Assembly: GCF_009834535.1 (NCBI RefSeq)
Contig: NC_045696.1
Coordinates: 69,380,001-69,444,000, forward strand
DNA from: Camelus ferus
Lineage: Eukaryota
Direction: 5' to 3'
Length of the DNA: 64,000 nucleotides
The translations under genes and the position numbers were made by a program. Under the pieces are notes generated by a model. That model was given only the letters and a program-made list of their open reading frames with translations, did not search any database and was not told the DNA's origin. How positions within the stretch are numbered: position 1 is the first letter of the stretch; every line of letters starts with the position of its first letter. This document shows, piece by piece, positions 49,831-62,315 of this stretch.

Positions 49831-51099
49831 TATTTTGCCATCCAAGTATGAAGTTTGCTGTGGGGTTTTGGTAGATAGCTATTATGAAGTAAAAGATGTT
49901 CCATTTACCTTCTAACGTGCTTACAGGTATGTTTGCTTTTGTTACTTGTGTGTTAAATTGTATAAATTTTCTTTCTGAATGTATTGAGATGGTCATAAGA
50001 ATTGCGCTTTTATTCTCTTAATGTAGTGAATTATATTTAAAACTATAGTGAATTATATTGATAGGTTGTGCAATGTTGACTCAACTTGCTCTCCTGAAAT
50101 AACTGTATGTATTATTCTTTTTTTGTATTATTCTTTTAATACTATACTGGATTTTGCAATCTTCTGGGGTCTTTGCTTAATTTAGTAAAGAGATTGGTCT
50201 ATAATTTATTTTTATTTGTGATCTTTATCAGCTTTCGTAACTGAGTTATTCTGGCCTCATAATATGAATTGTAACTTAACATCTTTTTCTATGCTCTGGA
50301 ACAACTTCTCTAAGAGGAGAATGATCTGTTTCTTGATGATTCATAGAACTTGCCTGTAATAATGTTTGGATCAGGAGCGTAGAGCAAGTAGAGTTTTGAC
50401 TGTTGATTGAATTTCATGTGTTATTATTCAACTAGTCAGTCTTTTCTATTTCTCGGCTCACTTTTAATAATTTATACTTTCTCAAAATCTTCCCATTTCA
50501 TCTAGGCTTTCAAATGTAGTTATGTAAAGTTGAATATCTTATTCTCCTATAATTTAATAAAATCTCTTGCATTTATACTTATGCCCCTTTTTCACTCCTG
50601 ATATGCTGGTTCCTCCTCTTCCTCCTTCTCCTCTCTCTCTGCCAAAGAATTGTCCATGTTATTGATTTTTTTAACAACAGCAAAAAGAGTTTTAGATTTT
50701 GTTTACTCACTGTCCCAATTGTTTTGTTGTGCAGCTAGCTGATTACTTTCTACCTTCATCTTTAGTATTGCCCTCTTCAACTTTATTTAGCTTTCTTTTG
50801 TCCTTTTCCAGCTTCTTGACCTGGAGGCTTGGGTTGTTTTTGTTTGTTTTTGTTTTTTTTTTCATCTTCCTTGTTTTCTAAGAAATTCATTTAGGGTTTA
50901 AAGTGTCCTTTAAACAAATTGCACATTTACTAGATTGATATGTGACTCTTCCATAATTTCATTTTCTTTTTCAACAAGAAGTTACCTAAGACTATACGGG
51001 TTTTTTTAATTTTTTCCATATTGTTGCAAATTGGCTTTCCAGGAAAGTACATTCTGAGATGAAGATTGCTATACAGGAGTGCTGTTAGGGTTTCTGGTG

Positions 51100-51595
51100 G
51101 GTTTTTTTTTTTTTTGGCATTCTTTTTTATTGAAGTATAGTCAGTTTACAATGTTGTGTCAATTTCTAGTGTACAGCATAATGTTTCAGTCATACATGCA
51201 CATACATATGTTCATTTTCATATTCTTTTTCATTATAGGTTACTACAGGACACTGAATATAGTTTCCTGTGCTATACAGTATAAACCTGTTGTTTATCTA
51301 TTTTATATAGAGTAGTTACTATCTGCAACTTTTGAACTCCCGATTTATCCCTTCCCACCCCTTTACCCTCTGGTAACCATAAGTTTGTTCTCTATGTCTA
51401 TGAATCTGTTTCTGTTTTATAAATAAATTCATTTGTGTCTTTTTTTTAGATTCCACATATGAGTGATATCATACAGTATCTTTCATTCTCTTTCTGGCTT
51501 ACTTCACTTAGAATGATGATCCCTAGTTCCAACCATGTTGCTGCAAATGGCATTATTTTATTCTTTTTCATGGCTGAGTAGTATTCCATTGTGTA

Positions 51596-51629
<34 letters not shown>

Positions 51630-52820
51630 ATACACCATATCTTCTTCATCTAATCATCTGCCGATAGAGATTTAGGTTGTTGCCATGTCTTGGCTATTGT
51701 AAATAGTGCTGCTGTGAACATTGGGGTACATGTGTCTTTTTGAATTATATTTTTCTCCAGATATATGCCCAGGAGTGGGATTGCTGGATTGTATGGTAAC
51801 TCTATTTTTACTTTTTTAAGGAACCTCCATACTGTGGCTGCACCAATTTACATTCCCACCAATAGTATAGGAGGCTTCCTTTTTCTCCACACCCTCTCCA
51901 GCATTTATTATTTGTAGACGTCTTAATGGTGGCCATTCTGACTGGTATGAGGAGCTACCTCACTGCAGTTTTGTTTTGCATTTCTCTAATAATTAGCAAT
52001 GTTGAGCATCTTTTTGTGTGCCTGTTGCCCATCTGGATGTCTTCTTTGGAGAGATGTCTATTTAGGTCTTCTGCCCATTTTTTTTTATTGGGTTGCTTGT
52101 TTTTTTTTTTTTTTTTATATTAAGCTGTATAAGCTGTTTGTATATTTTGGAGATGAGTCCCTTGTCAGTTGCATCATTTGCAAATATTTTCTCCCATTCT
52201 GTATGTTGTCTTTTCATTTTGTTGATGGTATCCTTAGCTGTGCAAAAGCTTTTAAGTTTAATTGGGTCCAATTTGTTTATTTTTGCTTTTATTTCCATTA
52301 CTCTAGGAGCTGGTTCAAAAAATATCACTGCAATTTATGTTAAAGAGTGTTCTGCCTATGCTTTCCTCTAGGAGTTTTATGTATCTGGTCTTACTTTTAG
52401 GTCTTTAATCCATTTTGAGTTTATTTTTGTATATGGTGTTAGAGAATGTTCACATTTCATTCTTTTACAGGTAGCTGTCCAGTTTTCCCAGCACCATTTA
52501 TTGAAGAGACTGTCTTTTCTCCATTGTTTCTCCAAAACTATTGCCTCCTTTGTCATAAATTAATTGACCATAGTGCATGGGTTTATTTTTGGGCTTTCTA
52601 TCCTGTTCTGTTCATCTATGTGTCTGTTTTTGTGCCAGCATCACACTGATTTGATTACTAGTAGTTTTCTAGTAGCTTTGTAATATAGTCTGAAGTCAGG
52701 GAGCGTGATTTCCCCTGCTCCTTTTTCTTCTTTCTTAAGATTGTTTTGGCTATTCAGGGTCTTTTGTGTTTCATACAAATTTTAATATTTTTTGTCCCAT
52801 TTCTGTGAAAAATGTCATTG
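51100..52820 (-). mobile_element. 5'-truncated lineage-specific L1 (ORF2 C-terminus plus 3' UTR)
   Basis: ORF2 peptides [39 protein letters not shown] (52062-52328) and MEYYSAMKKNKIMPFAATWLELGIIILSEVSQKE (51446-51649). Poly(T) at ~51102-51115. Confidence 0.93.
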
Positions 52821-53028
52821 GTTAGTTTCAGTAACTTCAGAGTATTTAATTAGATGCATGTACCAAAGTGTATTTAGAAGTCCCATATTATGAGACATTT
52901 AAATTGTTTGGAATATTTTGCTGCTATAAACAATGCTGCCAAAAATATCCTTGGAGTTGAAATCTTATAGAAGTGCTAACAGGAGTCTCAGAGGTAGTGC
53001 TGTTATTATTGGCCATAGTTACTTTCTT

Positions 53029-56000
53029 TTTTTATTATATATAAAAATATTTTTTATTCCTCCCCAACTTTTTGTACTGTTTATACTATTCTACAACTTT
53101 AACTTCTCTCTTAGTAATAAATCCTGATGAGTTGTCCATAATAGTTCATAAGGAACATCCTCATTTTTATGTTTTGTTTTTTAAGTTTGAGATATAATTG
53201 ACATACCACAATGCATAAGTTTAAAGTGTACAGCATAACGATTTGACTTACATACATTATGAATTGATTAACACACAAGTTCAGTGACATCCATCATCTC
53301 ATACAGATACAAAATTAAAGAAACAAAAACATTTTTTCCTGTGATGAGAACTCTTAGGATTTACTCTCTTAACAACTTTGATATGTAACGGACAGCAGTA
53401 TAGTTGTTTATCATGTTGTACATTACATCCCTAGTACTTATTTATCTTATAATTGAAAGTTTCTACATTTTGACCACCTTCATCTATTTTTCCCTTCCCC
53501 CACCCCCACCTCTGGTAGCCACAAATCTGACCTCTTTTTCTGTGAGTTTGCTCATATGAAGTATAATGGACCTATAACACTATGCTAATTCCTGTTACAC
53601 AACAGTGTTATGGTATTTATATATATTTCAAAATGGTTACCACAGTAAGTCTAGTTATGATACGTCACCATGCAAAGATATTACATAGTTATTGACTATA
53701 TTCCCCACACTGTACATAGCAATATGATTATTTTAAGTTGCTAATCTCTTAAGTTCACATGCATTTTAACAGCCCTACATTTTTACTCACCACCACCACG
53801 TTTACTGACATCATATTTACATATTTGTGTTTTGTGTATCCCTTAACTACTTACTGCAGATATGGATTACTTTACTACTTTTGTCACTTAACCTTCCTAC
53901 TAGCTTTTTACGTGATTGGTTTACTACCTTTGCTGTATATTTGCCTTTGTTGATGAGTTTTCCTTTCATAATCTTCATGCTTCTAGTTGTGGCCTTTTCG
54001 TTTTCACCTGGAGAAGTCTCTTTAACATTTCTGGTAAAGTTGGTTTGGTGGTGCTCCACTCTTTTAGCTTTTGCTTGCCTATGAAACTTAAGATACCTCC
54101 ATCAAGTCTGAATGAAAACCTTGGTTGTAGGTTTTCCCCTTTCATCACTTTAAATACACCATGCCACTCCCTTCTAGCCTGCAGAGTTTCTACTGAAAAG
54201 TCTGCTGATAGCCTCATGGGAATTCCCTTTTATGTAACTTGTTGTTTTAATATTCTCTCTTTATCTTTAATTTTTGCCATTTTACTTGCAGTGTGTCTTG
54301 GTGTGGTCCTCTTTGGGTTTATCCTGTTTGGGACTCTCTGTGCTTCCTGGACTTGGATGTATGTTTCCTTTCCCAGATTACGGAAGTTTTTAGCCACTAT
54401 GTCTTCAATTATTCTCTGCCCCTTTCTCTCTCTCTTCTCCTTCTGGAACCCCTATAATATGAATGTTAGTACACCTGACACTGTCCAAGAGATCTCAAAC
54501 TGTCCTCATTTCTTTTCTTTTTCTTTTTCTTTTTCCTTTTCAGCTGCAGTGATTTCTGCTACTCTGTCTTCCAGCTTGCTGGTCCGTTCCTCTGTATTAT
54601 CTACTGTTGATTCATTCTAGTGTATTTTTCGTTTCAGTTACTGTATTCTTCATCTCTGGTTCTTTATACTTTCTCTTTTATTAAAACTTCTAACTTCTCA
54701 CTCTGTTCGTCCATCCTTCTCCTGAGTCCTTTGAACTGTCTAGTGGGTAGATTGCTTTTCTCTGCTTCACTTAGCTCATCTTCTGGGGTTATATCTTGTT
54801 CCTTTGTTTTGAACATAATCCTCTGTCACCTCATTTTCCCTAATTTGTTGTTTTTATTTCTGCCTATCTGGTAGATTGGTTATGCTTCCAGAAGTGGCCT
54901 TTTGTAGGAGACATCCTGTGTATCCCAGCAGCTCACCCACCTCTAGTGACCAGAGCTGTATGTTCTAGGGGTGCCCCCTATGTGAGCTGGTGAGTCCTTC
55001 TGTCATGGAGGGCTGATTATCATGGGCCATCTGGTAGGCATGGCTGGCCCCTGGTCCGGTTGTTTGCCAGGCCCTGCCTTGTGTGGAGGCTACTGTCCAC
55101 TGATGGATGGGGCCAGGTCATGAGGCTGCTGGCTGAGGGGGGGTGGTGGCGCAGGGCTAGTGCTGGCCCACTGATGGGTGGAGCTGAGTTCTGGAGTAGG
55201 TAGTTTTGGTGCCAGGGGTCCTGGTTCTAGTGTCTGCCTGCCTGTGGGTGGGGCCAATTCCTAACATGGCTGACTGTGGTGTCCAAGGTGTCCCAGACCT
55301 GGTGTTAGCCTGCTGGTGGGTGGGGCTGTGTCTCTGCCTGGCTGGTTGCTTGGCCTGAGGTGTCCCAGTACTGGTGCTGAAAAACTGGTGGGCGGGGCTG
55401 GGTCCTGAGGCTAGTAAGCTAGAGAGAAGACTCTAGAATGGCCCTTGCCAGCACCAGCGTACACGTGGTAGAACAAGCTCCCCATAATAGCTGCCACCAC
55501 TGTCTTTATCCCAGGGTGAGCTCCAGTTGCCTCTTATCTTTCACAGAGGCTCTCTAAGATCAGTAGGTGGGTCTTACCCAGCCTCCTTTCAAATGACGGC
55601 TTCTACCCTGGATCCTGGAGCATGTGAGATTTTGTACATGCCCTTTAAGATTTCCCATAATCCTCTGGCTTTTCTGAAAGTAAGCCCCACTGGCCTTCAA
55701 AGCCAAACTTTCTGGGGGCTCATCTTCCCGGTATGGGAGCCTGATATGGAGCTCAGACCCCTGGCTCCTTGGGGGAAACCTCTGCAGTTTTAATTATCCT
55801 CCTATTTGTGGGTCACACACCTGGGAGTATGGGTCTTAACTATACCACATCTCTGCCCCCTCCTACCCTTCTCCTTGTGGTTCCTTCTTTATATCTTTAG
55901 TTATATAAGATCTTTTCTGCTGGTCTTCCAGTTTTTCTCATCAATAGTTGCTCCATAAATAGTTGTATTTTTGGTGTGCCTGTGGGAGGAGATAAGCTTG

Positions 56001-56039
56001 GGGTCTTCTTAATCCATCATCTTGGTCACTACCTCACTA
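53029..56039 (-). mobile_element. ORF2-less L1 (half-L1/HAL1-like): 5' UTR, ORF1, spacer, 3' UTR, extra 3' tail
   Basis: Perfect 16-bp TSD CCATAGTTACTTTCTT at 53013-53028 and 56040-56055, with a TT|AAGAAA endonuclease site on the minus strand. GC-rich 5' UTR ~54900-56039. The ORF1 remnant and its spacer join directly to an L1MA9-like 3' end at ~53715. Confidence 0.8.
53975..54834 (-). pseudogene. Decayed L1 ORF1p
   Basis: N-terminus MR*QRIMFKTKEQDITPEDELSEAEKSNLP from the ATG at 54834. C-terminus RLSADFSVETLQARREWHGVFKVMKGENLQPR...KLKEWSTTKPTLPEMLKRLL. Interrupted by stops and frameshifts. Confidence 0.88.
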
Positions 56040-56769
56040 CCATAGTTACTTTCTTAAGAGAAAATTATAAAAGCAAAATTATGCAGAAATGTACATTTTG
56101 AGGCTATTGATGGAGTGCGATTTTGTCTAATTTACTTCAATACCAGCAGTATTGGAGAGTTTCTGTTTCCTTGCTTTCTAACCAACAGGGATGTTACCTA
56201 TTTTTAAATTGTTTACAATTTGATAAGGTGGCAATGTGTCGTATTATTGTTTCTATTCAATGAAGTATGATTTAAATTAATATAAAAACAAATGACATTT
56301 CCTGCCCTAAAATGATAGTACCAGATACTGTGTGGCAAGAGCAAAGAGATAATGTCTAACATTTCTAGAAGGAAAATGGAGTTACTTTTAGAAAGAACCG
56401 TAGATGTTACTTATGCCACTCTGCAATTATCAGATGAGGAACTCTAGAGAGTAGAGTGGAATTGACTTGCTTAAAGTCACCTACTACTAAATATCAGAAC
56501 CAGGGTTGCACCACACCATTCCACCTTCTCTGATTTGCTTGGGAAATGAATGTCTTTCTTTTCAGTTTCCAAAACTCCATCAGGCTGTAGTGTTTATGAA
56601 TCCAGAAATGATAAGCCATCTATGAAATGTTTTAGATTTTGTACTTTTATTCAAATTAGAATATTTTAAAATTATTATAAATATGTTCTTATTTTCTTGA
56701 TGACCGTCTAATGCCAAGGACTGCTGTATGGTTTCAGTGCCCCTGTTGTCCTTGTGTCACATGCCATAA

Positions 56770-57000
56770 TGGTGAAGAACAACCTCCAGAGCCAGATTAT
56801 GTGGATTTAAATCCTGTATTTATTCATTCTTAGCTACGTGACCTAGGACAAGGTACTTAACCCTCTGTGCTTCAGTTTCCTCATCATTCAAATGGACATA
56901 ATATTTATATCTACCTCATAGGTTTGTTATTTGTAGACAACCAGATAGTGTAAATTGCTTAGGACAGTCTGGCATGTTGTAAAGGTAGCCATAATTAGTA
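56770..57000 (+). mobile_element. MIR
   Basis: TAGCTACGTGACCTAGGACAAGGTACTTAACCCTCTGTGCTTCAGTTTCCTCATC. Confidence 0.85.
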
Positions 57001-57097
57001 GTGTTTTTCATACTGGAGCCCAGACACCTCTGAGGTGGAGGGGGCCATCCAGGGACATGTGGTCAGGCATCAGAATAAGGTGTAGGCAGCCCTGGGT

Positions 57098-57118
57098 GCT
57101 GTTGTCCATGGTGCTGAA
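57098..57118 (-). promoter_or_regulatory. RE1/NRSE-like (REST) site
   Basis: Minus strand TTCAGCACCATGGACAACAGC vs consensus TTCAGCACCACGGACAGCGCC (17/21), left half-site perfect. Confidence 0.5.
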
Positions 57119-58299
57119 TCACTATTGCATGATTGCTCAGAGGACGTTGTTGCTCTATGGAGTTGGTGGAGGAAGAGGTACATGACTGCCCAGAACCTTC
57201 TATAAACTAAATTTGGGTTCTGGAAATGAGTCATAAAATTGATCTTCAGGCAGTCTACAATCTAGAGATGATATTAATAATCTTCCTAGGTCTGAAAGCC
57301 AGCACAGATGCTGAACGAAATATGGGCTTTGCATCAGGCAGATGTGGGTTTGAATAATGTCTCAGCTGCCTGCAAGAAGTCTTATCCTAGATACAGTGGC
57401 ATAATAATACATACCTTGAAATATTATTTGGAAGATTATATTAATGTAGAGAAGGCAGTAGATTCTCAATAAATAGTAGCTGTTGTTTAGGTAGGTTGTT
57501 ATGGGAAGCAGGAGGTGGGAAGAAGGAAGAAGAAAGGAGAATTAGAGAATGGGAGATGGAGGGGTAGCAGAGGAGGGAGGGGAAAGAGAACACAAGAGGT
57601 TCATGAAGTGGAGAATGCTCATGGGCCAGCTCACCACAAGTTCCTCCTGGCCCACAGAAACTTTACACTGCTGAATGAGGTTTTACACTCTTCCACACTT
57701 GAGTGTTGTCTCTAGTGTGGTTTTGTTGTGGTTATTGTTATCACACACACAAGCACACACCATACCACTGCCACCACAATACCTGGTGTTTTTACAGTGC
57801 TATCTTTTTCTAGACTTGCCCAAGCACCATACTCATGTCTTGGGGTGTCTCTTCTGTGACAATTCCATTTCTGAGATAGGGATGCACTGTGGCATGAATA
57901 CGGCTGTGTTTTTCTTACCCTCTCAGGCTTTTTTGTTTGTTGGGTTTTGCCCTTCACTTTATGGTAGGAAATTCTCATTATCTGTTCTGTGCCCTCTCGA
58001 GATTATATATTTGGTACAAAATGTCACAGAACTATGAAACATAGATCCAGATAGTAAAGAAAGGTAAATTCTGCAGGCAATATAAGTCATAACATGAGAA
58101 TTTCAGGAGCTAGGCAGGATGACAGGCGTCTGGCAATCATAGGGCTCTGGCTTCCCTGTAATGTGTTCCTGCCTTGAGGAAGTGGAACTGACTTGAGAGA
58201 CCCAGTATCTGTCTGCTTTAGGGCCCTCTTCAGGAGAAGGACTAGCTCCAGGTATTCCAAGCTTCTCTTCTTCATCCTGTCCCTTGCAGTAATGTAAAG

Positions 58300-58472
58300 T
58301 AGTGCTTATAAACACTGGCAAGCATCAGAATCCCCAGGACGCTATAAACACAGATTGCTGGACCACCCTGAATTTCTGTAGATCTGGGGTAGATTCTGAC
58401 AGTTTGCTTCTCTTACATGTTCCTGGTTGATGCCAGTATTGCTGGTGTGAAGATCATATTTTAAGAACCACT
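58300..58472. mobile_element. MER5A hAT-Charlie
   Basis: GCATCAGAATCCCCAGG...AAACACAGATTGCTGG...TTTAAGAACCACTG. Confidence 0.8.
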
Positions 58473-60019
58473 GATAGGAAATTTTACTTGCTATGACTTT
58501 CACAAAAGTTATACAAATAATTCTCATAACAACCCTGTGAAACATGTATGACTACTATTATTATTCCCATTTAGAGTCGAAGAACACTTGTTTGATGTCA
58601 CATAGTTGTAAGTGGTAGATCCAAGATTTGAACTCTCTTCTGTCTAGTTCCAGTGCCAGAGTGGTGCTTGATGTCTTGGGAGGAAGTCTCCCTGACACTG
58701 GATGTGAGTCATTTTCTCAGGTAGGAGTTTCATGAAGGAGGCCTCCTCTCATGATCTTTTCCCTACATCAGCCTCTCAGCTCTGAAGTCAGAATCAGACC
58801 TCGGTGTTGCTATTTACAGCCCCACTTCTTTAGCATTTCCACTGTAGTGCCCCTCGGGCAGAGCCAAGTGAACATCCTCCCACATTTTTGAGACCGGTTA
58901 AAGGTGGCCCCAGGGCAAGAATAATTTTTTTTTTTGAGGTCTCATGTTTTACCTCAAACATCTTGCACATTTTGCATTCTATTCCATTCTCTGTTCATGT
59001 TTAATATAATGTAGTCCCTCCCCAAATACCACTTAGGGGAATCACTCTGGGGCTGTTTTTACAGCTATCAAATGGGCTTCAAAATATCTTCCTCTCAGAG
59101 GTTGGTGACTATTACAGATGCACTGTGCAAAGCACCAGATGTGTGGTAGTCTGTAAATGAAGGTTAGTGCCATGGCTTCTTATTATAATGACTTGTAGAA
59201 TGGATGAACAAATAAATGAATGAATGAGCCCACTTGATCTGTGATGGCCCTGGGATGTAAACACTCCGCAATCTGTCACTGCCTGCCTGTGCCCCTTAAG
59301 TAGCAGGTCTCAGCTTCTCCCAGGAGACTGCATGCGTCTCCGGGGTACCAGCCCCCTGCACCTGGGCAGCTCTGTTCGGCTTGACATTTTCAATCCTCCC
59401 CCAGAGCAGGGCTTTTCATGTTCACTTTGAGGCCACTAATGAGATGCAAAGTACTCAAGTGCAAGTCCTCTCTGAATTCTTATGAGTAGCACACAAATCC
59501 AAGACTTTTATTTTCATGTTTGTGTAAGGACTATATACTGGTAATTTACTAAATTAGTTATTAGAGATTACTCATGTTTGCTATTCATGAACTCAAATTA
59601 GATCATTACCAAGTTCCCCAGGGGCTCTAATTAGGTTATCTGTGAAGTCAGGCTCTTCTAAATGCTCAGCAACAACTGCCTGCTCCCTCAGACAGACGGT
59701 TAGAACCCTGTGACCTGGGGGAAAGTCGCCCAACGTCAGACTCGTTGTGAATTGGTTGTAATGTTCAGCTACTGTTATTCTTGCTTCTTAATTAGAAATG
59801 ATAGTTCATTTAACTTCATCATTATCGCATTAGTTTGTGGACGATATTTGGTTAACCTGACAGCATGCAGTGATACATATTTGCATCGAAGGTATTTTAG
59901 GCCTATAATTTTCTAATTACTGGATTTTAAGACATGAACAAGTTGCAGTTGAAGCATGAATCATGCATTTTTTCTTGCTAAACAGATACATGTAGAGTCT
60001 GAACCCAAACGTGCTTCTT

Positions 60020-60581
60020 TAGTTATTTTGGTTATTTATGACTGCATAACTAACTACTGCTAAAACATAGGGGCTCAACAGTCACTTTATTATTCTGCAT
60101 GATTCTGTGCACCAGGAATTCAGGCAGGACTCAGTAGGGACAGCTCACCTCCACCTGACATCATGGTGATTAAAGCTATAAAATGCAAAATGGCTCCTTG
60201 CCTTCCGTGTCTGCACCAGAGCTAGGGTGGCTTACATGGCTGCTTGCTGGCTGGATGGCTTGCCTGGGATCTTCCAGCAGGGGCTTCATCAGCTGGGTTG
60301 CTCAGTTCTCCTCCACGTGACGTTAGGTCTCCCTCTTTCCACGTAGTTTCTCTGTAATCTCTCTAGCAAGGCGGCTGACCTTCTGACATGCGATTCAGTG
60401 CTCCCAAGAACACAAAAGTGGAAGCTTCCAGGCCTTCGGGCTTAGGCCTAACACTGGCACATCACTGTGTTCTCTTGGTTAAAGCAAGTCACAGGCACAG
60501 CCCAGACTCAAGGGGAAGAGACAGGACATGAATACTGGGAGGCATGGTTTTTGGAAACCATCAGTGTAATAGACTACTACA
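60020..60581 (-). mobile_element. MLT1 LTR (MLT1F/G/H-like)
   Basis: CATGATTCTGTG..CCAGGAATTCAGGCAGGACTCAG...GGTTAAAGCAAGTCACAGG..CAGCCCAGACTCAAGGGGA...GACTACTACA. Confidence 0.85.
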
Positions 60582-61989
60582 AAGGTGATGGTTCATTGAT
60601 GAATTCAAGCAATTTAAATAACCCCTAACATGCTATCAGGTTAAGTGTAATAAAGTGACTATGATAAGTTTATAGATTATGATTTATAGTTATAAATTTA
60701 TAGGTCATTATTTTAATATTAAAGTGTGTACACTAGTTCATGTTTTCTGTTATAAATTAAATGGACTAATATTATCAACAATTTTACATCAACTTGTGTC
60801 TTTTGTTCCTCTCCAGTTTTCTGTTTTTACCCTGTTCTTCTGCTGCCAGGAAGTGAAAACAGGTATGAGAGGACCTTTTTGCTCCAGGCAAATGGTCTCA
60901 CTCAAAAAAAGTTGAGAACCACTTTTCTAGTGGTCAAGAACTGAACCGTTAGAAATTTTCCAATTGCTAGAGCTACGAGGTGTGCAGGACACTGTTTCTA
61001 CCCTGAAGGAGCTCAGAGTCTTGCAGGGAAAGAGTGGGCACGTACACTGCCATGGGGCCAGTGCCATAATGGAGAAAAGCCAAAGGAGATATCGTAGAGT
61101 AGAGAAGACATGTCCAGCCCAGTCCAGGCAATTAAAGGGAGCGTCTTAGAAGTAGGTGATATTTGAACTGAACTCCAAAGTCTGCATAGGAATTACAAAG
61201 TTGAAGAAGGCTCAACAGGAGCAAAAGCCTAGAGATGGGGCATTTATCAAGATTCGACTCGTCACAAGTCTGAGAAGAGAGAGGGGTTCTTATCTTTCTA
61301 GCTTTTAGTGAGTCTTCCCTTTAAGAAGTATACTCATTATGGGTTTGTTATAAATCATCAGATGCATATAAATACCCCCAATCTGATGCTATATTCATGA
61401 ATTAATGTTTTTGTGAGAGAAAAGAGGAGATGAAGAGGTGTTTGTTCCTGGATAATTGGCTGTGGCTGATTCATTCGAATGAATAGAGAGACCTGGGGTG
61501 CGATTCAATACGCATTGAATTTGCCTTCTTCCTTCTGACTTGTGATTTCCATGCTGACATCTGTAGAGAACAAACAGAGTTGGATCCAGTATATGAAATT
61601 GCAGAGCTGGAAAATGCTGTTAGGAGCCATTTTTCCCACCCCCTTGCTTTTAGACAAGGAAACCGAGGCCATGGGAGCTGAAGCCAGTGCTCACAGTGGC
61701 ATAGCTGTAGGGACATGAAACACTCTTCTCCCACCCAAGCCTGACAATATCCAATCTGAGTGTTATTTAGAAGATCCTATTACATTTTTTTTTCCTGTCA
61801 GCAAAGATGTTCAGGGTGGTAATAAGAAAGACTGTTCACACTGTAGAGAGCTTCCAAGAGGGGCGTGATAGGGCAGGCTACTGAAAGAGAGATGCCAAGT
61901 GATGATGTCAGCTGGAGCAAGCCCTCTCTTGTGGTAGCTGTCATCTCTGTCAAAGGGCAGAAAACCAGAGGGGACCATCATGTGGGAGC

Positions 61990-62315
61990 ATTAACTGAGT
62001 CCAAACTTATTCTCCTCGCCGCACGACAGGCAAGTAAATCAGGAGACGAGGTGTTGGGGCAAGGAATAACGACTTTATTCAGAAAGCCAGCAGACCAAGA
62101 AGTTAGGGGACTAACGTCCTAGAGAACCATCTTCCCCAAGTCAGAATTCAGGCTCCTTCTATACAAAAAAGAGGAGGGGGTGTGGTTGGTTGTTGCAAAC
62201 TTCTTGGTGTAGAAATCCTTTGTTCTTGCAGCTGTCCATGTAGGTCAGGTCATAATGTTCCTGTAAACCTCCAGCAAGACAAATGTTACTCTCTATTCTG
62301 CAACTTTCTTCCACT
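61990..62315 (-). mobile_element. ERV1-class LTR fragment (MER41-like, cetartiodactyl type)
   Basis: Minus strand has a TATA-like TTTTGTATAGAAG, then AATAAA (plus-strand TTTATT at ~62074), then U5-like GTCGTTATTCCTTGCCCCAACACCTCGTCTCCTGATTTA. CpGs are retained. Confidence 0.7.

Larger units (their letters stand above)
48550..50950 (-). mobile_element. Ancient L1M ORF2 fragments hosting younger L1 insertions
   Basis: Degenerate antisense L1 ORF2 motifs (TTGTTAGATTTATTCC, CATCCTTATCTTGTCCTTGATTT, GAGATTGGTCTATAATTT, TTCTGGCCTCATAA). Confidence 0.75.

Noticed and set aside
51075..52835. TSD for the 1.7-kb L1
   Set aside because: Only weak GTTAG..TTTC similarity at the two ends, not convincing.
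53916..54620. Longest ORF (234 aa, hydrophobic, + strand)
   Set aside because: Antisense shadow of L1 ORF1. T-rich antisense L1 gives Phe/Leu/Ser-rich frames.
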